A stretch of DNA of 64,000 nt from Escherichia coli (GTDB lineage: Bacteria; Pseudomonadota; Gammaproteobacteria; Enterobacterales; Enterobacteriaceae), in NCBI RefSeq assembly GCF_003334815.1, contig NZ_QOWO01000001.1. The stretch is one strand, 5' to 3'. Of the stretch, positions 16,256 to 24,807 are shown in pieces. Under the pieces are notes generated by a model. It was not told the DNA's origin and did not search any database. It was given only the letters and a program-made list of their open reading frames with translations. The position numbers and the translations under genes are program-made. The stretch's first letter is position 1. Each line of letters starts with the position of its first letter.

Positions 16256-16543
16256 ATGCAGCTCAACATTACCGGAAATAACGTCGAGATCACCGAGGCA
16301 CTGCGCGAATTTGTTACAGCCAAATTTGCCAAACTTGAGCAATATTTTGACCGAATCAACCAGGTCTATGTTGTTCTGAAAGTGGAGAAAGTCACCCACA
16401 CCTCAGATGCAACACTGCATGTAAACGGTGGTGAAATTCATGCCAGCGCGGAAGGTCAGGACATGTACGCTGCCATTGATGGCTTAATTGATAAGCTGGC
16501 ACGCCAGTTGACCAAACATAAAGATAAACTGAAACAACACTAA
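16256..16543 (+). CDS. hpf: Ribosome hibernation promoting factor
   Basis: Known N-terminus MQLNITGNNVEITEALREFV at 16256 (95 aa), with the SD AAGGAAG upstream. The longer ORF-track start overlaps rpoN and was rejected. Confidence 0.95.
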   Translation: MQLNITGNNVEITEALREFVTAKFAKLEQYFDRINQVYVVLKVEKVTHTSDATLHVNGGEIHASAEGQDMYAAIDGLIDKLARQLTKHKDKLKQH

Positions 16544-16660
16544 TTGTCCGGGCAATTAGCATGTGCATGGCGGTCTGTTGTGCGGCACAACGGGCCATTT
16601 GTACGGTTAATGCTCCGAGCCTGTTCCACTGTTTGAGTGGGCAGGTTCTTAGGTGAAATT

Positions 16661-17152
16661 ATGACAAATAATGATACAACTCTACAGCTTAGCAGTGTTC
16701 TTAACAGGGAATGTACGCGAAGCCGCGTCCACTGTCAGAGCAAAAAACGCGCCCTGGAAATCATCAGCGAGCTGGCGGCGAAACAACTTAGCCTGCCGCC
16801 TCAGGTGGTTTTTGAAGCTATCCTGACGCGGGAAAAAATGGGCAGTACCGGTATCGGCAATGGTATTGCCATTCCGCATGGCAAACTGGAAGAAGATACT
16901 CTGCGCGCCGTTGGCGTTTTCGTTCAGCTCGAAACGCCTATAGCTTTCGATGCCATCGACAACCAACCGGTGGACTTACTTTTTGCCCTGCTGGTGCCGG
17001 CAGACCAAACTAAAACGCACCTGCATACTCTGTCGCTGGTGGCGAAACGTCTGGCGGACAAAACCATCTGCCGCCGTTTACGCGCAGCCCAGAGCGATGA
17101 AGAGCTGTATCAAATCATTACGGATACCGAAGGTACTCCGGATGAAGCGTAG
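16661..17152 (+). CDS. ptsN: Nitrogen-PTS enzyme IIA-Ntr
   Basis: Known N-terminus MTNNDTTLQLSSVLNRECTRS at 16661 (163 aa), with the SD AGGTGA upstream. Confidence 0.95.
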   Translation: MTNNDTTLQLSSVLNRECTRSRVHCQSKKRALEIISELAAKQLSLPPQVVFEAILTREKMGSTGIGNGIAIPHGKLEEDTLRAVGVFVQLETPIAFDAIDNQPVDLLFALLVPADQTKTHLHTLSLVAKRLADKTICRRLRAAQSDEELYQIITDTEGTPDEA

Positions 17153-17197
17153 TTATTCGGTAATGTCTCTTTTAGACGTTGTGAGGAGAAACAGTAC

Positions 17198-18052
17198 ATG
17201 GTACTGATGATCGTCAGCGGACGTTCAGGTTCAGGTAAATCTGTCGCCCTGCGTGCGCTGGAAGATATGGGTTTTTACTGCGTGGATAACCTTCCCGTAG
17301 TGTTGTTACCCGATCTGGCTCGAACCCTGGCCGATCGCGAGATTTCTGCCGCCGTCAGCATTGATGTTCGTAATATGCCGGAGTCACCAGAAATATTCGA
17401 ACAGGCGATGAGTAACCTGCCTGACGCTTTCTCACCGCAACTCCTGTTCCTGGATGCCGACCGTAATACCTTAATTCGTCGTTACAGTGACACGCGCCGA
17501 CTGCATCCGCTTTCCAGCAAAAACCTGTCGCTGGAAAGTGCTATCGACAAAGAAAGCGATTTGCTGGAGCCTCTGCGTTCGCGAGCGGATCTGATTGTCG
17601 ATACCTCAGAAATGTCCGTTCACGAGCTGGCTGAAATGCTGCGTACCCGTCTGCTGGGTAAACGTGAACGCGAACTGACCATGGTCTTTGAGTCTTTCGG
17701 CTTCAAACACGGTATCCCTATCGATGCAGATTACGTCTTTGACGTGCGCTTCTTGCCGAACCCGCACTGGGATCCGAAACTGCGTCCAATGACAGGTCTT
17801 GATAAACCTGTCGCCGCGTTCCTCGACCGCCACACAGAAGTACACAATTTTATCTACCAGACGCGAAGCTATCTTGAGCTATGGTTACCTATGCTGGAAA
17901 CCAACAACCGTAGCTACTTGACGGTCGCCATTGGTTGTACCGGCGGGAAGCACCGTTCGGTGTATATTGCAGAGCAACTGGCAGACTACTTCCGCTCGCG
18001 CGGTAAAAACGTCCAGTCACGCCATCGTACGCTGGAAAAACGTAAACCATGA
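17198..18052 (+). CDS. rapZ: RNase adapter protein RapZ (YhbJ)
   Basis: 284-aa ORF starting [33 protein letters not shown] (P-loop). Confidence 0.95.
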
Positions 18053-18321
18053 CCGTCAAGCAAACTGTTGAAATCACAAACAAGCTGGGCATGCATGCCC
18101 GGCCTGCAATGAAGCTGTTTGAATTAATGCAGGGTTTTGACGCTGAAGTGCTCTTACGTAATGACGAAGGCACCGAGGCTGAAGCCAACAGCGTTATTGC
18201 GCTGCTGATGTTGGATTCTGCCAAAGGACGGCAGATTGAAGTTGAAGCGACCGGTCCACAGGAAGAGGAAGCACTGGCCGCCGTTATCGCCCTCTTTAAT
18301 TCTGGTTTTGATGAAGATTAA
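18049..18321 (+). CDS. npr: Phosphocarrier protein NPr
   Basis: 90-aa HPr-like ORF containing LGMHARPA. Its ATG overlaps the rapZ stop (ATGA). Confidence 0.95.
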
Positions 18322-18467
18322 TCTTCATCACTTTGACATACAACTCCCTTCAAACTCCCCCCGACAATAAGAAAATCACGTACTGAAATCGTTCTCAATC
18401 AACGTCATTTGTACATTTTGTGCGCTTTTCACTTTCAGAAGAACCTTAAGAAAACCTTAAGAGGCAT

Positions 18468-18484
18468 TGTTTAGGTTTTGTTTA
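18468..18484 (+). promoter_or_regulatory. PhoP box (direct repeat TGTTTA-N5-TGTTTA) upstream of yrbL
   Basis: TGTTTA (18468-18473), spacer GGTTT, then TGTTTA (18479-18484). This is an exact match to the (T/G)GTTTA-N5-(T/G)GTTTA PhoP consensus, and I remember yrbL as a PhoP-activated gene. Confidence 0.75.
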
Positions 18485-18534
18485 AGTTAATCGACCATAC
18501 TGGAGATCGTCAGAAAATATTTCCAGGAGATGGC

Positions 18535-19167
18535 ATGATTCGCTTATCTGAACAAAGTCCCCTGGGCACCGGAAGACATCGGAAATGTTATGCGCATCCG
18601 GAAGATGCCCAACGCTGTATCAAGATTGTCTACCATCGTGGCGATGGTGGCGATAAAGAGATCCGCCGTGAGTTAAAGTACTACGCGCATCTTGGTCGCC
18701 GGTTAAAAGACTGGAGTGGAATACCGCGCTATCACGGTACCGTTGAGACGGATTGCGGAACCGGTTATGTCTACGATGTGATTGCAGATTTTGACGGCAA
18801 GCCTTCCATTACGCTGACCGAATTTGCTGAACAATGCCGTTACGAAGAAGACATTGCACAACTGCGCCAGCTACTGAAACAGCTGAAGCGTTATTTGCAG
18901 GATAACCGTATCGTGACGATGTCGCTGAAGCCGCAGAATATCCTCTGTCACCGCATCAGTGAGTCAGAGGTTATCCCGGTCGTCTGCGACAACATTGGTG
19001 AAAGCACATTGATTCCACTGGCGACCTGGTCGAAGTGGTGTTGTCTGCGTAAGCAAGAGCGGTTATGGAAACGATTTATCGCCCAACCGGCGCTGGCTAT
19101 TGCCCTGCAGAAAGATCTGCAACCTCGTGAGAGCAAAACGCTGGCCCTCACTTCGCGCGAAGCTTAA
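18535..19167 (+). CDS. yrbL: PhoP-regulon protein YrbL (kinase-like fold, function unknown)
   Basis: N-terminus [24 protein letters not shown] at 18535 (210 aa), with the SD AGGAGA upstream. The upstream ORF extension was discarded. Confidence 0.9.
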   Translation: MIRLSEQSPLGTGRHRKCYAHPEDAQRCIKIVYHRGDGGDKEIRRELKYYAHLGRRLKDWSGIPRYHGTVETDCGTGYVYDVIADFDGKPSITLTEFAEQCRYEEDIAQLRQLLKQLKRYLQDNRIVTMSLKPQNILCHRISESEVIPVVCDNIGESTLIPLATWSKWCCLRKQERLWKRFIAQPALAIALQKDLQPRESKTLALTSREA

Positions 19168-19892
19168 TCCAGCTGGTGTTGTTGCATAAACGGCTCACCG
19201 CCTAACTGATACATCTGCCGTAAAATCCACGCCTGACGGCTACGCACGTAGCCCGATGGCGAGGAGACTTTGAAACGAAGTGGATTAGGTAATACAGCTG
19301 CCAGTAATGCAGCTTCCGACCGGGTAAGTTTGCTCGCGGGTTTGTGGAAATAACGTTGTGCCGCAGCTTCGACGCCAAACACACCGTCGCCAAATTCGGC
19401 GATATTCAGGTAAACCGTCAGGATACGCTTTTTGCTCCAGACCGTTTCTATCCCCAGCGTTAATCCGGCTTCCAGCCCTTTTCGAACCCAGCTACGCCCA
19501 TCCCATAAAAAGAGATTTTTGGCTGTCTGTTGAGAAATCGTTGAAGCACCGCGAATACGGTTTTCATTGCGCTCGTTGTGCGCCAGGGCTTTCTCAATGG
19601 AAGCGACATCAAAGCCCCAGTGCTCAGGAAATTTCTGATCTTCTGCGGCAATCACCGCCAGTCCCATCCACGGCGAGATTTGATCCATACTGACCCAGTC
19701 AGAATGTGCCACGTAACGAAAATTGCCATGCAGCCAGGCGCTGACCTGTCGCTCGACCATTACCGCTGAGAAGGGAACAGGCGCAACGCTAAACAACGCG
19801 ATGCCCCCGCCCCAGAAAACGGCGAGGACAACCATTAACCGCAAAAGAAAACGGCGAACGAAACTAAACACCGTTAAGCGGCTTTTACTCAT
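19164..19892 (-). CDS. mtgA: Monofunctional peptidoglycan glycosyltransferase
   Basis: 242-aa ORF with the GT51 motifs [14 protein letters not shown] and RGASTISQQ. Confidence 0.95.
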   Translation of the reverse strand: MSKSRLTVFSFVRRFLLRLMVVLAVFWGGGIALFSVAPVPFSAVMVERQVSAWLHGNFRYVAHSDWVSMDQISPWMGLAVIAAEDQKFPEHWGFDVASIEKALAHNERNENRIRGASTISQQTAKNLFLWDGRSWVRKGLEAGLTLGIETVWSKKRILTVYLNIAEFGDGVFGVEAAAQRYFHKPASKLTRSEAALLAAVLPNPLRFKVSSPSGYVRSRQAWILRQMYQLGGEPFMQQHQLD

Positions 19893-20542
19893 TCAGCCAG
19901 AACCAGCACGCGGGAAACCAGCTTATCAATGCCGCTCGCCGCTTCTGCAATGTTCTGCGCCAGCATATATGCTGGGGTGGTGACAATCTTATTGTCTTCA
20001 TCAACCACGATATCATCGACAGGACACGGCACATGCTCCGCGCCCATCTCTTCCAGCACTTCTGCGGTATCGATATCAGTACCGATGGTCAAACGCAGCG
20101 GGAAATCGAAAATTTTCGGCAGCATCGCCGGGGCAATACACATAAAACCAAGCGGTTTTCCGGCCTGATGCATCGCTTGTGCCAGCGCCTTTAATTCACG
20201 GTCAACGGTGCATTCGCTACCAAGACTGGCAAAATTGCTTAAATTCTTCGCCGCGCCAAACCCCCCCGGCACAATCAACGCATCCAGTTCAGCGGCATCG
20301 GCCTGGGCCAGAGGACGGATTTCACCGCGCGTTATTCGTGCCGCTTCAATCAGCACATTGCGCGTTTCCGTCATCGCTTCGCCAGTTAAATGGTTGATAA
20401 CATCAACCTGCTGCTTATCCGGTGCAAAGCAGACCGCCTGCGCACCGCTGCGTGAAATAGCTAACAACGTCAACACCGCTTCATGAATTTCAGAACCGTC
20501 ATAGACGCCGCATCCGCTCAGAATTACGCCAATTTTCTTCAT
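19889..20542 (-). CDS. elbB: DJ-1/PfpI-superfamily protein ElbB (glyoxalase-like)
   Basis: N-terminus [21 protein letters not shown] at 20542, giving 217 aa. Its stop overlaps the mtgA start. Confidence 0.9.
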   Translation of the reverse strand: MKKIGVILSGCGVYDGSEIHEAVLTLLAISRSGAQAVCFAPDKQQVDVINHLTGEAMTETRNVLIEAARITRGEIRPLAQADAAELDALIVPGGFGAAKNLSNFASLGSECTVDRELKALAQAMHQAGKPLGFMCIAPAMLPKIFDFPLRLTIGTDIDTAEVLEEMGAEHVPCPVDDIVVDEDNKIVTTPAYMLAQNIAEAASGIDKLVSRVLVLAE

Positions 20543-20624
20543 TGTGATCATCCTTTCGCAATTGACTGAAACACATTAATTTTTTTAATAAAAATGGTAC
20601 GCATCACACATTTAACTGATTCAT

Positions 20625-20653
20625 GTAACAAATCATTTAAGTTTTGCTATCTT
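20625..20653 (+). promoter_or_regulatory. Putative ArcZ promoter
   Basis: -10-like TATCTT (20648-20653) lies 6 nt upstream of the presumed +1 (G20660). A weak -35 TGTAAC (20625-20630) sits at 17-nt spacing. This is a motif match only. Confidence 0.35.
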
Positions 20654-20659
20654 AACTGC

Positions 20660-20780
20660 GTGCGGCCTGAAAAACAGTGCTGTGCCCTTGTAACTCATCA
20701 TAATAATTTACGGCGCAGCCAAGATTTCCCTGGTGTTGGCGCAGTATTCGCGCACCCCGGTCTAGCCGGGGTCATTTTTT
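20660..20780 (+). ncRNA. arcZ: Hfq-dependent small RNA ArcZ (RyhA/SraH)
   Basis: The sequence GTGCGGCCTGAAAAACAGTGCTGTGCCC...GGCGCAGTATTCGCGCACCCCGGTCTAGCCGGGGTCATTTTTT matches my memory of ArcZ. It ends in the hairpin CCCCGG/CCGGGG (20755-20771) plus T6, and lies between elbB and arcB, convergent with arcB. Confidence 0.85.
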
Positions 20781-23108
20781 AGTGGCTTTTGCCACCCACG
20801 CTTTCAGCACTTCTACGTCGTGACGCCACTCTTCTTTCATCTCTTCAATCCATTCACCGACGTTATCTTCCCAGGCCGGAAGGTCAGGAGACTGAATTTG
20901 CTGACCCAGCTGTTGCAGATGGCGTAACCCCACTGACCCCGCCGCACCTTTAATTTTATGTCCTTCCTCAACAATGCCTTTTTTATCCTGCGCCGTCAGA
21001 TTCGACTCCAGCACGCTGACATAGCCCGGCATCATCTTCTCAAACACCGCTAACCCGTCGGTGATCAGCTTCGGTCCTACAAGTTCGAGATACTGTTCCA
21101 GCATGGGAATATCGAGCAATGCTTCTGATTTACTGTTCTCTTCTGTCGTCACCGTACTCTCCTCATCATCCTGGGTATCCCAGAATTTCTTGATCATCGC
21201 GGTTAGCGCCGGAACAGAAAGCGGCTTACTCAGCACATCATCCATTCCAGCATTGAGGTACTCTTGTTTGTCTTTCAGCACGTTAGCGGTTAAGGCCACC
21301 AGCGGCGGTAAATCCTCGCGCGGATAACGTTTCGTCAGTTCACGAGAGATATCCAGCCCGGTCATATCTGGCAACTGAATATCCAGCAACACCAGGTCGT
21401 ATTCGCCCGGTTTAAACATCTCCAGCGCCGCCTTGCCGGTCATGGCGACATCAACGCTGTTACCTAATTTTTCCAGCACAGAACGCGCAACAATCACGTT
21501 CAGTTCAATGTCTTCCACCAGCAGCACATTCAGCGCCGGTAAAGGCATATCGTCTTCATCAAACGCATCATCGACCTCTTCTGCTACCGACGGTGCGTGG
21601 ATCGTCAACGTAAAGGTTGAACCTTTGCCCTGTTCGCTGGTAACCGTAATATCGCCGCCCATATTTTTCGCCAGACGACGAGAAACGGCCAGACCAATAC
21701 CGGTGCCGGTGGCAGGTTTACCGCCATGACTGTCTTTCACCTGGTAATACATGGCGAAAATTTTATCCAGCTCATCCTGCGGAATGCCGATACCAGAGTC
21801 TTCCACTTCAAAATGCAGCATATCGCCTTCATCGTAGCGCACGCGCACGGTAACCTGGCCTTGCTGGGTGAATTTGACGGCGTTACTGATGAGGTTCCAC
21901 AGGATCTGCCGTAAACGCGTCCCGTCGGTAATGACCTGATGCGGTAATGGCAGCGTCGGCTCCAGGTTAAAGCGCAATCCTTTTTGTTGCGCCTGCAATG
22001 CGGAGAGATTTTCCAGATCGGCAAGGAAGCTGGTGAAATCAACCGGTTGATTATCAAGCTGGACCTTGCGCCGTTCCATCTTATCCATGTCGATAATATC
22101 GTTAAAGATATTCCCCAGCGTGACGGCCGAAACATGGATGGTCTTGAGATATTTTTCCTGCTCGGCGGTGAGTTCGGTATCCAGCAGAATGCGGCTCAGA
22201 CCGACGATACCGTTCAGCGGTGTACGCAATTCGTGACTGATGGTGGAGATAAACGTCGTTTTGTCGCGGCTGGCCCGTTCAAGCGCATCCTGATACCGCT
22301 TACGCTCGGTAATGTCGCGACCAAAGCCCATCAAACCGTGACGTTTACCCACGCGGTCGTAGTACGGCACTTTACGGATTTCAAAGCAGGCTTTGCGCCC
22401 GTCCGGGTAATCCAGCCACTGTTCATAGGTCAGTGACACATTATGACGGAACACTTTTTCATCGGTTTCAATGACTTTTGCGGCGGCTTCCGGTGAGTAA
22501 ACATCAGCAGGTTTCAGGTGAACCAGTTGTTTTTCGCTTTTTCCGGTCAGCAGCTCCATCGCGCGGTTACAGCCGGAAAACTCTTTATCTTCGTTACGAT
22601 AAAAAACCAGGTCGGGTGAAGCATCAAGGAAGGAACGTAAGAATGAGGATTGCTGCTCGAGCTGAATTTGTGTCTCTTCGCGCTCTTTGATTTCAATTTT
22701 CAGTTGGCCGAAGGTTTCCTGCAGTTCTGCTTCCGCTTTTTCACGAACGGCAATTTCCTGATTTAGCTGGGCAATATTATCTTTTAACTGAACGTTGAGG
22801 CTCAAATCGCGCTCGCGCATCTCCTCCAGTTTTTGCACCAGCCGTGACAGACGTTGTCGTGACTCCTCCAGTTGCTCGACGACCACCGATAGAAAGTAGA
22901 CCGCCCACGGCGTAATCAGCAAACCAAAGAAGATAGAACGAATAACATCAATGCTTTCGACCTGACCATGCAGCACCATGGTTACCGCCATTTGTACCAC
23001 AATGGCAAGAACGACGAGGGCCAGCGCCAGCAACATTGAGAAGCGCACCAGACCTAACTTCATCATCAGGTCAACATAATACTGCGCCAGCAGACGAATT
23101 TGCTTCAT
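20772..23108 (-). CDS. arcB: Aerobic respiration control hybrid sensor kinase ArcB
   Basis: 778-aa ORF with PAS, HisKA (H-box SHELRTPLNG), HATPase, receiver and HPt domains. Confidence 0.97.
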   Translation of the reverse strand: MKQIRLLAQYYVDLMMKLGLVRFSMLLALALVVLAIVVQMAVTMVLHGQVESIDVIRSIFFGLLITPWAVYFLSVVVEQLEESRQRLSRLVQKLEEMRERDLSLNVQLKDNIAQLNQEIAVREKAEAELQETFGQLKIEIKEREETQIQLEQQSSFLRSFLDASPDLVFYRNEDKEFSGCNRAMELLTGKSEKQLVHLKPADVYSPEAAAKVIETDEKVFRHNVSLTYEQWLDYPDGRKACFEIRKVPYYDRVGKRHGLMGFGRDITERKRYQDALERASRDKTTFISTISHELRTPLNGIVGLSRILLDTELTAEQEKYLKTIHVSAVTLGNIFNDIIDMDKMERRKVQLDNQPVDFTSFLADLENLSALQAQQKGLRFNLEPTLPLPHQVITDGTRLRQILWNLISNAVKFTQQGQVTVRVRYDEGDMLHFEVEDSGIGIPQDELDKIFAMYYQVKDSHGGKPATGTGIGLAVSRRLAKNMGGDITVTSEQGKGSTFTLTIHAPSVAEEVDDAFDEDDMPLPALNVLLVEDIELNVIVARSVLEKLGNSVDVAMTGKAALEMFKPGEYDLVLLDIQLPDMTGLDISRELTKRYPREDLPPLVALTANVLKDKQEYLNAGMDDVLSKPLSVPALTAMIKKFWDTQDDEESTVTTEENSKSEALLDIPMLEQYLELVGPKLITDGLAVFEKMMPGYVSVLESNLTAQDKKGIVEEGHKIKGAAGSVGLRHLQQLGQQIQSPDLPAWEDNVGEWIEEMKEEWRHDVEVLKAWVAKATKK

Positions 23109-23203
23109 TAGGGAATTCCTTCACGACAACCTGCCCCAATAATACCCAATTCTGACAGTTACGTTATAAATTGTGTGAGAAATGCGGAATTCCCCTCAAC
23201 GAC

Positions 23204-24133
23204 CTACTCCGTTGGAGGTAGCCACGGACGTCCCAGCGCCGATCCCTGTACGCCATGTTCATTCAGATAGCGATCCAGCTCGACCATTCCCGTCCATCGA
23301 TTTTCGCACCACAGCGGAGCAAGCAGCGTCGGGCGACGGGCGCTGGCGGAAATGCGGTGGTAGATCACTTCCGGTGGCGTATGGCGAATCATTTCTCCGG
23401 CAGTGAGCGTGTAATCCTCCAGTTCAATACCGTTCAAACGCCCCGCTTCCCAGGCTTTCGCCATAATGCTGCCTTTCACAATATGCAGCGGATGCAGCTT
23501 TATGCCGTCCACGCCGGTTTCAACCACTCGCTCCAGCGTTTGCAAACATTCAGCCTGCCCTTCGCCAGGCAGGCCGACAATTAAGTGGGAACACACCTTC
23601 AGCCCGCGCTGACGTGCCAGCTGGGTTGTACGCTGATAACAGGCAAAATCATGGCCGCGGTTGATGCGATGCAGTGTTTTGTCGTGGGCGGTTTGTAGCC
23701 CCAGCTCCAGCCACACTTCGTAACCCTGGTCCTTATATTCGCAAAGCAGATCCAGCACCGCATCCGGCACGCAGTCCGGGCGGGTACCCACACACAAACC
23801 GACAATATTGGCCTGGCTCACCGCCTGCTGATACATAGAACGCAGCACCTGAACTTCCGCAAAGGTGCTGGTATACGCCTGAAAGTAGGCCAGATAGCGT
23901 TTAGCGCGGTTAACTAAATTCGCCTGGTGCGCCAGTTGCTCGGCAATGGAACGATGCTGCTGCGCTTCATCGGCAAACGAGGCAACATTACAGAATGTGC
24001 AGCCACCACGCCCGATGGTACCGTCACGGTTAGGGCAGCTAAAACCGCCGTGCAGCGTCAGCTTATGCACCTTTTGCCCATAACGACGGGTGAGATCACC
24101 ACCAAACATATTGACTAATTTCTGTAACTGCAT
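23204..24133 (-). CDS. yhcC: Radical SAM family protein (TIGR01212-like), function unknown
   Basis: N-terminus MQLQKLVNMFGGDLTRRYGQ at 24133, giving 309 aa. It carries the Cys cluster SCPNRDGTIGRGGCTFCN. Confidence 0.9.
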   Translation of the reverse strand: MQLQKLVNMFGGDLTRRYGQKVHKLTLHGGFSCPNRDGTIGRGGCTFCNVASFADEAQQHRSIAEQLAHQANLVNRAKRYLAYFQAYTSTFAEVQVLRSMYQQAVSQANIVGLCVGTRPDCVPDAVLDLLCEYKDQGYEVWLELGLQTAHDKTLHRINRGHDFACYQRTTQLARQRGLKVCSHLIVGLPGEGQAECLQTLERVVETGVDGIKLHPLHIVKGSIMAKAWEAGRLNGIELEDYTLTAGEMIRHTPPEVIYHRISASARRPTLLAPLWCENRWTGMVELDRYLNEHGVQGSALGRPWLPPTE

Positions 24134-24807
24134 AATCTGATAGACCGCGCCTTGAAAAGAGGCCAAAGCCTGCCATTTTTAGCTCAATTCGGCGATGACC
24201 TGGATCAATCGTCCCGGCCTGCTTTTATCAACTGCATAATCAATCAAAATTACCGAAATTTCATGCATAATCACATAAATCACTTTTGCTTATCTTGTGT
24301 CAGATTTTTTTATCTCCTGATGGATTTTAGGCAAAAACAGTAGCATGAAACGTCATTACCAATTAAGGCAGTATAAAATGCTGGTTTTGTCGTCAGTTCA
24401 AGGCAGGATAAGGGTTAACACACCTTTATGACAGTCAGGAATTGACTGTTTCTCTAACGACTTCCCTTTTAGCCTTAAAGATAAAATCCATTTTAATTTC
24501 AGTCATTTAATAAAGAATTTTGCGCTAAAGCACATTTCTGTACCAATAAGCTTGCCATTTGACCTGTATCAGCTTTCCCGATAAGTTGGAAATCCGCTGG
24601 AAGCTTTCTGGATGAGCAGCCTGCTCATCATATTTATGCAGTAATTGAGATCCCCTCTTCACCGTATTAACCGATGCGAAAAGGACAACAAGGGGGCGAA
24701 TGCGAGGCGCGCGTATGACACGCAAACCCCGTCGCCACGCTCTTTCTGTGCCCGTGCGCAGCGGTTCGGAAGTGGGGTTCCCGCAGAGCCTGGGGGAGGT
24801 TCACGAT

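Noticed and set aside
16497-16511. Sigma-54-like motif TGGCAC-N5-TTGA inside the 3' end of hpf, upstream of ptsN.
   Set aside because: The -12 element is imperfect (TTGA, not TTGC). The site is intragenic, and I know of no enhancer-binding protein or evidence for a sigma-54 promoter here. A single such match in 64 kb is compatible with chance.
23104-23198. GGGAATTCC (23104-23112) and GGAATTCCC (23190-23198), inverted copies flanking the arcB-yhcC intergenic region.
   Set aside because: Each copy is built on the self-complementary GGAATTCC, so the apparent inverted-repeat relationship is trivial. The match is only 9 bp, there is no coding capacity between the copies, and no mobile-element features are present.
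24346-24432. 28-codon ORF (MKRHYQLRQYKMLVLSSVQGRIRVNTPL) in the yhcC-gltB intergenic region.
   Set aside because: There is no Shine-Dalgarno upstream, and the region is AT-rich regulatory DNA. Nothing distinguishes it from a random short ORF.
24700-24807. N-terminal extensions offered by the ORF track. Examples: gltB from 24700, mlaB to 7435, hpf from 16172, rplM to 47610, mdh to 53218, nanT to 41488, aaeX to 58290.
   Set aside because: In each case an internal start reproduces the well-known protein N-terminus and is preceded by a plausible SD. The extensions overlap upstream genes or promoters and encode atypical sequence.
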